In this document: positions 49,040-59,062 of the stretch, one piece after another
Layout of the letters: every line of letters starts with the position of its first letter
How positions within the stretch are numbered: position 1 is the stretch's first letter
NCBI GenBank assembly: GCA_965219695.1
Contig: CBDCOJ010000031.1
Location: forward strand, 203,039-267,038
Reading direction: 5' to 3'
Source: Candidatus Poribacteria bacterium
GTDB lineage: Bacteria > Poribacteria > WGA-4E > WGA-3G
Length of the DNA: 64,000 bases
Position numbers and translations under genes: made by a program
Notes under the pieces: model-generated
The model's database searches: none
What the model saw: only the letters and a program-made list of their open reading frames with translations
What the model was told of the DNA's origin: nothing

Positions 49040-49848
49040 ATGTTCAAAAATACCTCATTGGTGACTCTTTTGATAGTCATGCTGATCTTTTTTAATCTCA
49101 ATGTTATGGTATCTGCACAAAATTATTATCCGACAACTACCGGCAATAGATGGGTCATGGTAAGCGAAGATAAAGCTGAACGGCTTACCTACACTGTTGA
49201 AACGTCTGATGAGTCCATTAACGGTAAAGACTTGGCACTACTCAAAATTACAACTGAAACCTTAGGAACAGATTCTATTCTAACTGAGAAGTATTTCATT
49301 GATTTTGACGAAGAAGGTATTAAACTTCATAAAATTGTAGTTGAACTGGGTCCTCCTTTTGGTGTAGCAACAACCTTGTTATATCCCCCGCCCTTTTCTA
49401 CCCGCTGACGTTAGAGGTCGGAGACTCGTGGGAACTTACTGCCGATACAGTGGTGAACTTAGCGGGACCTGTTACGTTTACAAGCACCAGCAAAGTCGTA
49501 GATGTTGAAAAAGTTGTGACACCAGCAGGAACATTTGAGAACTGCCTAAAGATTAGAATTGACACGAAATCTACTACTACTTTAGGAGCAACGCATGGTA
49601 CCGCTTACCAATGGCTTGCCCCAAACTTTGGTCCCGTGAAATTTGAGAATACCCAGGATATTGTTTATAAATTGGTAAGTTCCAACCTACTCTATGATGT
49701 GACAGGGGACGGTGTTGTAAATATATTAGACTTGGTTTTTGTGGCTTCTCGGTTCGGTGAGGAAACTACCGAGGGAGATGTGAACAAAGATGGCAAAGTT
49801 AATATTCTGGATTTAGTGCTTGTTGCACAGCATTTTGGAACTAATTGA
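49040..49848 (+). CDS. Secreted protein, paralog C: shared N-terminal domain plus C-terminal dockerin type-I repeats; interrupted by a 1-nt frameshift
   Basis: ORFs 49040..49408 and 49450..49848 are one gene. The frame is lost at the C5 run 49385-49389, and adding one C gives ..TTLLYPPALFYPLTLEVGDSWELTAD.., which matches the paralogs. The C-terminus DVTGDGVVNILDLVFVASRFG...DVNKDGKVNILDLVLVAQHFG is a double dockerin EF-hand-like repeat. Confidence 0.55.
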
Positions 49849-50062
49849 GCACATAGTGGATAGTCCATCCTAAATTTATATTTATCATCAATAGTCGGGA
49901 ATCCAAATTAACAGTATGAATGCCTTTTGGCATTCCCCGGAGTTCCCTCCTACAGAATATGTGTGTGTAAACTTATTTACATAATTTACTATAATTTGTT
50001 TTTTTTTGTTTTAGCGTGCAGATTTCCATTCCGAACAGAACGCGGATGACAACCTTTTCACC

Positions 50063-50672
50063 CAATATGCATATCTTGGTTTTCTTTTACCGAGATATAA
50101 CATAATTTGCAAAATCATCACGAACCAGCAAGTCAGAAATTTTAACGGCTATTTGGTTAGCGCGTCTATCATGATTAACACTTGTATCGGCTAAGGATTC
50201 AGTGCAACAAGACAAGCACTCAACATATTTTCCACCTCTTGACGCGTATCTTCACGCAATGGGCCGGCAAGTGCTGCACGGTAAAGGTTCACGGCTTTAC
50301 TCGGATCGCCTGCCTTTTCATAACACGAAGCCGCACTAATTCTATGGACTGCTCCCTCTAATTCGCGACCTAATGCATCAAGTATCGGTGCGATATGCTC
50401 TTCATAGTTTGCAGCAGATAGCCAAAGTGGTTGTGCTGTTTCTGTCATGCCAATTTCCCATAGCGCCTGTGCTTTGGAAAGAATCTCTGACTTTTGGTTC
50501 ATAGCCTCTTTAAGTTTCTTTGAATAAGGTTTAGTATTTGGGACAGCCATGTGTTCACTCAATATGCAGATATTGGTTTTCTCTTACTAAATCCACAACT
50601 TGATTTGCAAATTCATCACGAACCAGCAAGTCAGAAATTTTAACGGCTATTCGGTTAGCGCGTTTATTTAGT
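50063..50672. repeat. Two direct copies of a 105-110-bp non-coding repeat (50063-50167 and 50560-50672) flanking the small gene 50191..50550
   Basis: The 63-bp core atttgcaaaNtcatcacgaaccagcaagtcagaaattttaacggctattYggttagcgcgt is about 95% identical. The upstream 40 bp of each copy are about 75% identical. Confidence 0.6.
50191..50550 (-). CDS. Hypothetical protein (about 120 aa, helical)
   Basis: The ORF is bracketed by the direct repeats. The ATG at 50550 is the preferred start over the upstream TTG. No family is recognised. Confidence 0.4.
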   Translation of the reverse strand: MAVPNTKPYSKKLKEAMNQKSEILSKAQALWEIGMTETAQPLWLSAANYEEHIAPILDALGRELEGAVHRISAASCYEKAGDPSKAVNLYRAALAGPLREDTRQEVENMLSACLVALNP

Positions 50673-50682
50673 CCGATTGTTC

Positions 50683-51606
50683 CTATTCGCTTAGCATTTG
50701 GGCGAAAGCATCAAGACTTTGGACGTTAGCAGCAGCGAGATGCAGCTCTTCAAGTCGTGGTAAATCAGTAATGTCTTGAAGTGATGGCATTAGAGCACTC
50801 ACTGCCTCTGCTTGAAATCTTGACTTCAATAATGTCAAGATGTGTTTGATGGTAGTTTCTCTGGTAATTTTTTCCACTTGGTATTGATAAGTCTTAGATT
50901 CTCGCATAAATTCCTCCGGTATAAATCGTTTAAACAACTCAGAGTCATACACTATTCCACCAAAAAGGTAGATTCCGTAAAGTAAATCCGCTTGTGTCCT
51001 TTGATCGACAGGGACAGCAAGCGTTACATCAACACATTCTCGGACCCACTGTTCTATGCCCATCCCTACGGGTGGTTTCATGAGCGGCGTGAAGGGCAAT
51101 AGGCCGGGTGCCTGCATCTCCAAAACCGCTTGTCCCTCTATCTCAATGAGTCGTATCACCTTATAGTGCAGCGTATATGCATAACCGTGCCAACTATATT
51201 CATAGCCTCCTGTATCATTCCTGCCAGCATTCGGATGGAAATAGATGACATTGGAATAGACAAGTATCTGATGTTCACCGACGAGGTATCCGTGATATAT
51301 TGCGTTTCGTGCCCACATCGGCTTACGGGTGCTATCGCGAAGTTGCAATTCAATGTGCAAGATAGCTTCATGATTGTTGACACGGATACGTTTTGTGCTA
51401 TCAGTGCGTTGTGCTATAACGATCTATTGTTCAGTGTCAATGTTTTCAAGAACTTCAACATCGTTTACGTTGAGAACAAACTGTGAAATGTCGGTAGCAT
51501 AATCTGCCAACAGACTTTTTGCCATATTATCGTAGTCTTGCGCCATATAGGTATTATACACCCTCGTTTTGAATAAATCAAGACTCAACAAGAAGCGTTC
51601 AGACAC
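50683..51606 (-). pseudogene. Rpn-family (YhgA-like PD-(D/E)XK) recombination-promoting nuclease / putative transposase with an in-frame TAG stop
   Basis: ORFs 51424..51606 and 50683..51360 are in the same frame, separated only by a TAG at 51424-51426. The joined product has an N-terminus ..LDLFKTRV.., a nuclease core ..RTDSTKRIRVNNHEAILHIELQLRD...WARNAIYHGYL.. (compare RpnA YLYVVIEHQS...MAFRMMRY), and a DUF4351-like C-terminus. Confidence 0.5.
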
Positions 51607-52566
51607 TCACCGGCTCAATAATTGGGCACTTTTGAGATACTTATAGAGTTCGCTATCGGTTGTCAAGATAAGCTTCGTACTTGCGTTTGTAGAATTGCGA
51701 TATGTTTCTAAGGTTTGGAGAAAAGCGAAAAATTCCGGGTCTTTGCCGTGTGCTTCAGCATAAATCTGGATGGCTTGCGCATCAGCTGCCCCTTTAATCT
51801 GTTCTGCTTGCTTATATGCCTCTGATTGGATACGTTCTAACTCCTTCTGTTTCTGCCCCATGATATTCGCCGCTTCGCCTTCGCCTTCAGATTTATATTT
51901 CTCAGAGATACGCTGCCGTTCCGAAATCATGCGGTCAAAGACTTTCTGTCGAACTTCGTCTACATAGTTAATCCGTTTTATCTGAACATCAACAAGTTCA
52001 ATACCGAATCGCGGCACAGCCTCCTGCGCTTTTTCACGGATCATCTGTGTAATCTTCTCCCTGCCAATTATAATTTCTTCTAACGGCTCGCCGGTTTGGC
52101 CTTCATCATCTTCAAGTGTTTCCGTATCACGTTCTAACACTCGGTTTGAATTTCGAACAACTTCAATCAGCAATTGCGCAGTTACTAAATCACGCGCAGC
52201 AGAATCAATAATATCATCAAGGCGTGATTGTGCAAGCGTTTCTGTACCGAGTGCCTGATAAAACACAAGGGCATCTTTAATGCGCCAACGCGCTGTGGTA
52301 TCAAGCCAGATAAATTTCTTATCCTTTGTGGGAATCTGGTTTGCCAAACCATCCCATTCAAGGATGCGCTTCTCGAAACGGTGGATTTGCTGGATAAATG
52401 GCGTTTTTATTTTTAATCCCGCATTGACAATAGGCTCTCCAATAGGACGACCAAATTCGGTGATGACAACCTGTTCACCCTCCTTTACAATGTAGAACGC
52501 ACCTGAGGCAAATATAAACGCTAAAATTACTACGATAATCAAAGGTATCAGTATCTTGAATTTCAT
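51607..52566 (-). CDS. hflC: FtsH protease modulator HflC (SPFH/band-7 family)
   Basis: An N-terminal TM, an SPFH domain, and the coiled-coil region EAYKQAEQIKGAADAQA. It lies downstream of hflK. Confidence 0.8.
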   Translation of the reverse strand: MKFKILIPLIIVVILAFIFASGAFYIVKEGEQVVITEFGRPIGEPIVNAGLKIKTPFIQQIHRFEKRILEWDGLANQIPTKDKKFIWLDTTARWRIKDALVFYQALGTETLAQSRLDDIIDSAARDLVTAQLLIEVVRNSNRVLERDTETLEDDEGQTGEPLEEIIIGREKITQMIREKAQEAVPRFGIELVDVQIKRINYVDEVRQKVFDRMISERQRISEKYKSEGEGEAANIMGQKQKELERIQSEAYKQAEQIKGAADAQAIQIYAEAHGKDPEFFAFLQTLETYRNSTNASTKLILTTDSELYKYLKSAQLLSR

Positions 52567-52588
52567 TGAAAACTCCTTTTGTTCTAAA

Positions 52589-53536
52589 TTACTCTTTTAA
52601 CTGCAGAATTGGAATCGGTGTGTTGGCATTTTCGTCAATGACATAAATCTCCTTAATATCAGGCAAGATTGCCTGCATCGTTTCCAAATAAAGTCGTTGA
52701 CGCGTCACCTCTTTCGCTTTTTGATATTCCATTCGGATAGCATTGAATTTATCCGCGTCGCCTTGTGCTTCATTAACACGTTTCAACGCGTAACCTTCTG
52801 CTTCTGAAATCTGTTGTTGTGCTAACCCTTTAGATTTCGGGACAGATTGGTTGTAATCCCGCCACGCTTCATTGATAAGACGGTCTTTTTCCTGTTTCGC
52901 CTCGTTAACTGCGTTAAAGGCAGACTTGACTTTTTCTGGTGGATTCACGTCCTGCAAAGTCACCGTTACTACATCTAATCCGGTTTCATATAGATCAAGA
53001 AGTGACTGCAGATGTTGTTCAACTTCCGCAGCAATTTCTATTCGTCCAACGGTTAACACTTCGGTAACAGTACGGTCTCCAATGACTCTACTCATCACTG
53101 ATTCTGAAAGGTCTCGTAAAGCATACTGCGGATTCCTAACGGAAAATAGATATTTTTCGGGATTGTTAATTTTGTACTGAACGACCCATTCAACATCAGC
53201 AATGTTGGTGTCTCCTGTAAGCAACAGAGATTCTTCTCCAAAATCACCAGGGTCATACTGGGTACGGACACCTGCTTTAAGTGTTCTAAACCCGAATTCT
53301 TCTTTAAAGACCTTTCGCACTTGAACCTTTTCGGCTTTCTCAATGCCAAATGGCAACTTGAAATGGAGTCCGGGTTCAGTTTGTCGTACAGATTTGCCAA
53401 ACATCAGGACTACAGCGATTTCGTCTGCTTCAACAGTATAAAAACTGGTTGTTAAACTCACCAAAACTGCTACACCGATAATCACAAATAAAATTCGTTT
53501 TGGGGTAATAAGATGCAAATATTCGGAAAGTTCCAT
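52589..53536 (-). CDS. hflK: FtsH protease modulator HflK (SPFH/band-7 family)
   Basis: An N-terminal TM, an SPFH domain, and the C-terminal AEGYALKRVNEAQGDADKF. It is the first gene of the hflKC pair. Confidence 0.8.
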   Translation of the reverse strand: MELSEYLHLITPKRILFVIIGVAVLVSLTTSFYTVEADEIAVVLMFGKSVRQTEPGLHFKLPFGIEKAEKVQVRKVFKEEFGFRTLKAGVRTQYDPGDFGEESLLLTGDTNIADVEWVVQYKINNPEKYLFSVRNPQYALRDLSESVMSRVIGDRTVTEVLTVGRIEIAAEVEQHLQSLLDLYETGLDVVTVTLQDVNPPEKVKSAFNAVNEAKQEKDRLINEAWRDYNQSVPKSKGLAQQQISEAEGYALKRVNEAQGDADKFNAIRMEYQKAKEVTRQRLYLETMQAILPDIKEIYVIDENANTPIPILQLKE

Positions 53537-53728
53537 GTTATTTCTCCTTCTTTATAAATCTGTTGTCGGGTTTCACTGCTACCTACATGGAACATGTAGA
53601 TATGTAATTTGAGACATGTTTGGCTATCAGCACACTCTTTCTCAGTTCCGTTCTACCCGACCTACGATGTTTTTAATTAATGTTATGATGCGGTTAGGAA
53701 ACCACATCTACTACAGCTAACGGTGTTT

Positions 53729-54712
53729 TCAAATTTCGTATCTGACCAACTTACGCGCAGCATCAACAATTTGTTCTGTATCTGGAATAACAAAGTTTTC
53801 CATCACGGGGGCGAAAGGAACAGGCACAGGCGCAGCAGCGACACGTTCAATTGGTGCATCAAGATAGTCAAACGCTTCGCGAACAACGAGCGCAGCAATC
53901 TCAGCACCGAACCCAGCTCTACCCACCGCCTCATGCGCAATGAGCAGCCGATTTGTTTTCTTTACAGACTCAAAAATGGTTACTTTGTCAAGTGGCATTA
54001 ATGTTCTTGGATCAACGACCTCCGCTGAAATGCCATCTGCAGCCAGTTCGTCTGCAGCATCAAGTGCTTTCAATACCATACGCGATGTCGCTAAAATTGT
54101 TATATCTTCACCTTCACGTTTAATATCGGCTTCACCCAACGGGATTGTATACTCCTCATCGGGAATTTCACCTTCTTCAGTATAGAGTAATTTATGTTCA
54201 ATAAACATAATCGGATTGTCGTTTCGGATAGCGGTTTTTAGTAATCCTTTTGCATCATAAGGGGTAGCAGGCATCACAACAAGGAGGCCTGGGATATGCA
54301 CAAACCACGCCTCAAGACTTTGTGCGTGCTGTGCAGCAGAGGAACGACCTGCACCACCTTGTGTGCGAATAACAAGCGGAACATCTAACTGCCCACCCAC
54401 CATATAACGAATTTTAGCAACTTGATTGACAATCTGATCCATCCCAACAGCAGTAAAGTCAATATACATCAGTTCTGCGACAGGACGCATCCCTGTAACA
54501 GCGGCACCAAGTGCAGTACCGATGATAGCAGCTTCAGAAATTGGGGTATTTCGGATACGATCCTTTCCAAATTGCTTGAAAAGCCCGTCCGTAACTTTGT
54601 ATGCGCCGCCATACTCAGCAATATCTTCCCCCATGAGAAAAACCGCCTCGTCGTGTTCCATCTCCTCTATCAGTGCCTCTTTTAAAGCATCACGATAGGT
54701 AATTGTTTTCAT
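53729..54712 (-). CDS. 2-oxoacid dehydrogenase E1 component beta subunit (transketolase-like; PdhB/AcoB family)
   Basis: MGEDIAEYGGAYKVT.GL...G..R..NTPISE and a transketolase C-terminal domain. 327 aa. No E1-alpha or E2 gene is adjacent in this window. Confidence 0.8.
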   Translation of the reverse strand: MKTITYRDALKEALIEEMEHDEAVFLMGEDIAEYGGAYKVTDGLFKQFGKDRIRNTPISEAAIIGTALGAAVTGMRPVAELMYIDFTAVGMDQIVNQVAKIRYMVGGQLDVPLVIRTQGGAGRSSAAQHAQSLEAWFVHIPGLLVVMPATPYDAKGLLKTAIRNDNPIMFIEHKLLYTEEGEIPDEEYTIPLGEADIKREGEDITILATSRMVLKALDAADELAADGISAEVVDPRTLMPLDKVTIFESVKKTNRLLIAHEAVGRAGFGAEIAALVVREAFDYLDAPIERVAAAPVPVPFAPVMENFVIPDTEQIVDAARKLVRYEI

Positions 54713-54754
54713 ATTTCGTCTGTTCCTTTCATATTTGCTCTGTTTTTCGCCATT

Positions 54755-56394
54755 CTATTTCAACTCTATTTCAACTGATGAAGGACGTGCTTGTATCACT
54801 GGAATAACGTAACTGCGAATTGTCATACCGTCAACTGTTTCTGTCTCAACTTTGGGTTCTGGATTCTCGCGATGATCAAACACGACATAATAACCTTCTA
54901 TCGTTTTTTCCAACTCCATATACGCTGCGAGTTGTTTTTTGCCCACTGCATAGCGGTTACTACCTTCCCAAATCTTAGTTTCGACAATGTATTTTCGTTG
55001 GTTGTGGATAAGGAGGAGATCCATCCTTCCACGACCCGTTTGCACTTCAAGGTACATACTCCCACCTACGCTGCGGATAAACTGTTCAAGGTAGGCATAA
55101 AGCAGATGCTGTCCAACATATTCCTGCGGTTTATCCGGTACTTGCAAGATGCGAAAACCGACACGAGCGATAAAGTCTTGGAAGTTATCAAGTAAAGAGA
55201 GCATATCAATTTGTCCCTTAGGTGTAAGGTAATCCAAGAAACATTCATCCTTCTCTTCAGACAGATACTCATTCTCTAACCATTGAATGTCGGTTTGAAG
55301 GTTCTTATTATACGGTAGAGATAAATTGGATTAACTATTTCACACCTTCCGTCAGCTGCCTCTTTGATAACACCGTAGGTCGCAAGTTCACTGATGATGT
55401 CGTCATCAAGGTTGAAATCCACGCCTTCCTCACGCGCCATGATTTTCATCAGCACACTTTCAAAGCGCGGGTCTCTGCGGACATTAGTTGTTAGATGCTG
55501 TATATTCGTATTTCGTCTACGAAGAAGCTGCATGTGTGCCTCTGAGAAGTGTATGGGGGTAATGGTTTCGGTTTTGGGAATATCCATCTCCTCAGTGAGA
55601 ATCTGTGCGAAACGGTTCACAAGTACAGGTTGCCCTGCTGTCTGCTTATGAATAGACGCTATCACCTCTGGTGCGAAATCTTGACCTACCTCATCTGTAT
55701 ATTGCGAAAGTAGTTCTTGAACTTGTTGTAACGTGAAGTTTGGCAAGCGAAACTCGTCTTGAATATTAAACGGTGAAACAGATCGGTCATAGTTAAGTTG
55801 ACTAATACTCTTAACACCGACTATTCCAACACTGTGTGGGCATTGAAGTACATCGGAAAGATAAATTTGGCGGAGGGTATACAAAAAATCACTTACAACA
55901 TTTTGGGGAATGCCATCGAATTCATCAATCAGAAGCACAACCTTCTTATTACCAAGCAGTATTTCTAATTCCTCAAAGAACGCTAACATCGAAAAATGAT
56001 CGCTTAACTGTGTATCATTCAAAAACTGCGTTAAATCCTCGGCAGGTTTCCTGCCTCTTTTCTGTAATTCATATCCAATTTGCCACCGAATCAATTGTGC
56101 GAGTCTCTCATAAAAAATAGGAGGTGAACCGTTACGCATCACCTGGAAATCTAACTGAATAGGGAAATAGTTTGGGGCTTCTGTGGTAAGGGCGTCAAGT
56201 GCCATTCGAAAAAAAGTGGTTTTACCGGTCTGACGTGGTGCAAAGAGAACGATATACCGTCCATCTTTCACACGTGCGATGAAGTCAGTAATTTCTTCGG
56301 TGCGTGGGACAACATAGTGTCGATCAGGATACACACGCCCTTGAGTTCCAAAACGCCTCATTTTTCTCCCTCTTTTCAAATCTTTCGTCATCAA
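54755..56394 (-). CDS. AAA-ATPase-like (PF09820-type) N-domain fused to a PD-(D/E)XK nuclease (PDDEXK_9-type) C-domain; currently split into two ORFs by a 1-nt frameshift
   Basis: ORF 55276..56394 has a P-loop FAPRQTGKTTF. ORF 54755..55237 has GRGRMDLLLI...YIVETKIW (D..ExK). The downstream frame is open back to 55318 and overlaps the upstream ORF's end. A single-base indel within 55277-55318 (for example at the T3/A3 run 55294-55296) joins them into one protein of about 540 aa, the usual length for this two-domain family. Confidence 0.5.
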
Positions 56395-57636
56395 TTAAAC
56401 AGTCAAACAAGTGTTGCCTTCAAAGATCACTTCTGGATTGTTTTCTCCACGAATCAGAACCGCCTTACCATCAGTTTTAAATGTATTGTTGTAAAAACGA
56501 ATATTATGAATCCTTTCGCTCATACAGTCAACTGCAGCGGGATTACCGACATCAGATTTTCCTGTGAGGATTGTATTCCGATAGATAGTTGTGTTTCTGA
56601 TGCCACCATCTGCCCCAGTAGACCAGAGGTGAATTCCGCCATAACTATTCTTTCGTCCGTCATTTTCACTGAGATTATAGCGTATAACGTTGTTATGGAA
56701 TGCCTTTGCTCCTTCAAATTGCGCTAATAGATATCCCGCCCCATCGTTATCGTGTGAGTAGTTATACTGCACAATTGAATTCCGCACACCCCCATCCAGA
56801 TCAAATCCGCCGCCGTCTTTACTGCTTCCAGTTCGGTTGTGATGAGATTCATTGAACTGAATGAGAACACAGTTTGAGTCCCATGCCCAAATCCCGACTG
56901 GACCACCGACATCGTAATCGTTTAACGTTCCGTTTTCATAAGCTTCACAATGTTCTATTGTAGCACCATCTACTTGCGCGAGGACAATACCATTCCCCGA
57001 ATGACTCCCTTTACCGGGAATGCCTAAGTTTCCATAAACACGACAGTTACCAACATAGATGTTCGCGTGTGAATATCCTTCTTCTTCAGGATTCCATGTG
57101 CCTATGCAGCTTATTCCTGCATCTCCGTTGTCGTGGACGTTGGCGTGCGTAATTTTTACATCACTGAATCCACACCAACCCTCATCAATCGGCTGTGCTG
57201 CGATGCTAATTCCCGCATGCTTAAAACCGCTAACCTCAACCCTATCAATACGGATATGCTTCAACTTCTTGTGTTCTGGTAGCGCATTGACGAACCAGAT
57301 TCCCGAGCTGGTATTTTGTTCTGCTCCCACCCCTACAAAGTTGAGATCGACTATTTCTACATTGCCTCTGTTTTTTGCGAAAAGACCAGCACCAGTGCCA
57401 GCATCAATCGTAGCCCTACCGTTCTCATAAGAACCAAATGTTATCGGTTTGTCCAAAGCATCTGTATCCGCAACAGAAAGTGAGAGATTCCCCTTGAAGG
57501 TCTGATTAGCCTGAAACCAAACCGAATCACCCGGTAGTAATTGGGTTGCATTCACCCTGTCAATACTCTGCCACGGTTGCTTTTGGGAAATACCTAAGTT
57601 TGAATCGTCACCAAATTGGCTGATGTAATAATCCAT
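56395..57636 (-). CDS. Right-handed parallel beta-helix repeat protein (pectate-lyase fold)
   Basis: Repeated G.N..I.N..I motifs (NIYVGNCRVYGN, GNGIVLAQVDGATIEHCEAYENG, NSIVQYNYSHDNDGAGY). No signal peptide is obvious. Confidence 0.6.
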   Translation of the reverse strand: MDYYISQFGDDSNLGISQKQPWQSIDRVNATQLLPGDSVWFQANQTFKGNLSLSVADTDALDKPITFGSYENGRATIDAGTGAGLFAKNRGNVEIVDLNFVGVGAEQNTSSGIWFVNALPEHKKLKHIRIDRVEVSGFKHAGISIAAQPIDEGWCGFSDVKITHANVHDNGDAGISCIGTWNPEEEGYSHANIYVGNCRVYGNLGIPGKGSHSGNGIVLAQVDGATIEHCEAYENGTLNDYDVGGPVGIWAWDSNCVLIQFNESHHNRTGSSKDGGGFDLDGGVRNSIVQYNYSHDNDGAGYLLAQFEGAKAFHNNVIRYNLSENDGRKNSYGGIHLWSTGADGGIRNTTIYRNTILTGKSDVGNPAAVDCMSERIHNIRFYNNTFKTDGKAVLIRGENNPEVIFEGNTCLTV

Positions 57637-57651
57637 ACACCTTCGGTTTGC

Positions 57652-59010
57652 CTATTCTGATTTCAGGATTAACCCATCCGCTTTCATCCACTCAATTGTC
57701 TGCTCAAACGCCTGAACTGTTTTTGTGATGTCTGCTTCTGTATGCGCAGCGGTTGTCATACCACCGTTGGTAGCGAGGTCAACACCGTTAAGCAACAAAC
57801 CGCATCGGAGATGTGTAAGCAACTCTTCATCGTTGCCCCCTTTGAGTTTCCGATAATCCCACGTATAAGGGTCAAATTCAGCAGCACGTATATCCTTCTC
57901 ACCGTGCCCGATGAGCATCCTTATACCAGAAAATTCTCCGTAAATCACCCAGTCCAATCCATATCTATCAATAACTTTATTGAGTTCATCGCGGAGTTTT
58001 TGTGCGATATGGTTTGCTTGTTCGTGCGGTCTACCAGTCTTGACAATGTTAAGCATCGCAATGCCTGCGGATGCAGAGAGCGGATTAGCATTGAATGTGC
58101 CAGGATGTGGCATCTTCAATCCATCTTCCTCTGCCTGCATTGAAATTAACTCAAGAATCTCATTTTTGCCTGCAAGCGCTCCGCCGGGAAGTCCACCCGC
58201 TAAAATCTTCGCCAGTGTTGTCAAATCAGGTGTGACATTATAATGCGCTTGTGCACCGCCGGGTGCCACCCGAAATCCTGTAATCACCTCGTCAAAAATG
58301 AGAACGACATCATATTCATGTGTAAGTTCACGCAGTTGCTGTAAAAACACGCCATCAGTTGGCACGATACCGAAAGAAGCTCCTGTCGGTTCAAGGATTA
58401 TACATGCTATATCTTTATCTGTTTTCAAGTGCTTTTCAACAGCATCAATATCGTTCGGTGGACAGAGAAGGGTAGTATCGCGCACCTCTTGTGGAATGCC
58501 CGGAACAGACATATCAAAGGGAGGATATGCGCCAAAGATAAGGCTGTCGTGCCAACCGTGGAAATGTCCGGCAAACTTCAACACTTTATTTTTTCGTGTG
58601 TAGGTACGCGCCAGTCGAATCGCCATCAGTGTTGCCTCGGTACCAGAACTGACAAACCTAACACGTTCCGCTGATGGTATCAGTTGGGTTACGAGATTGC
58701 CCCATTCCAATTCAAGCGGATGGCAGGCACCGTAATGTGTGCCGCGATGCATCTGTGCTGTCACCGCTTCCACAACTTCAGGAGGATTATGACCGAGCAG
58801 CAATGCCCCGTGGCCTGCCCAATAGTCTATAAACGTCCTGTCTCCCAGTCCCCATTTTTTCGCGCCATCAGCACGCGTAATATAAATCGGAAATGGCGAC
58901 ATATAACGGCTATCATGTGTTACACCATCAGGGAAGATTTGATTTGCTGCTTGTGCCAATTCTTTGTCTTTTGCGAATGTTTTTTGATACCGCTCGAAAA
59001 TTGTTGGCAT
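57652..59010 (-). CDS. Class-III aminotransferase (glutamate-1-semialdehyde 2,1-aminomutase-like)
   Basis: The PLP-fold motif DEVITGFR is present. It is GSA-AM (HemL)-like overall. The start is probably MPTIFERYQ at 59010. Confidence 0.75.
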   Translation of the reverse strand: MPTIFERYQKTFAKDKELAQAANQIFPDGVTHDSRYMSPFPIYITRADGAKKWGLGDRTFIDYWAGHGALLLGHNPPEVVEAVTAQMHRGTHYGACHPLELEWGNLVTQLIPSAERVRFVSSGTEATLMAIRLARTYTRKNKVLKFAGHFHGWHDSLIFGAYPPFDMSVPGIPQEVRDTTLLCPPNDIDAVEKHLKTDKDIACIILEPTGASFGIVPTDGVFLQQLRELTHEYDVVLIFDEVITGFRVAPGGAQAHYNVTPDLTTLAKILAGGLPGGALAGKNEILELISMQAEEDGLKMPHPGTFNANPLSASAGIAMLNIVKTGRPHEQANHIAQKLRDELNKVIDRYGLDWVIYGEFSGIRMLIGHGEKDIRAAEFDPYTWDYRKLKGGNDEELLTHLRCGLLLNGVDLATNGGMTTAAHTEADITKTVQAFEQTIEWMKADGLILKSE

Positions 59011-59062
59011 TTTTACCTCGGTTCTTTGTGTGTTTTTTACTATTTCGACTTTAACTCGCCAG

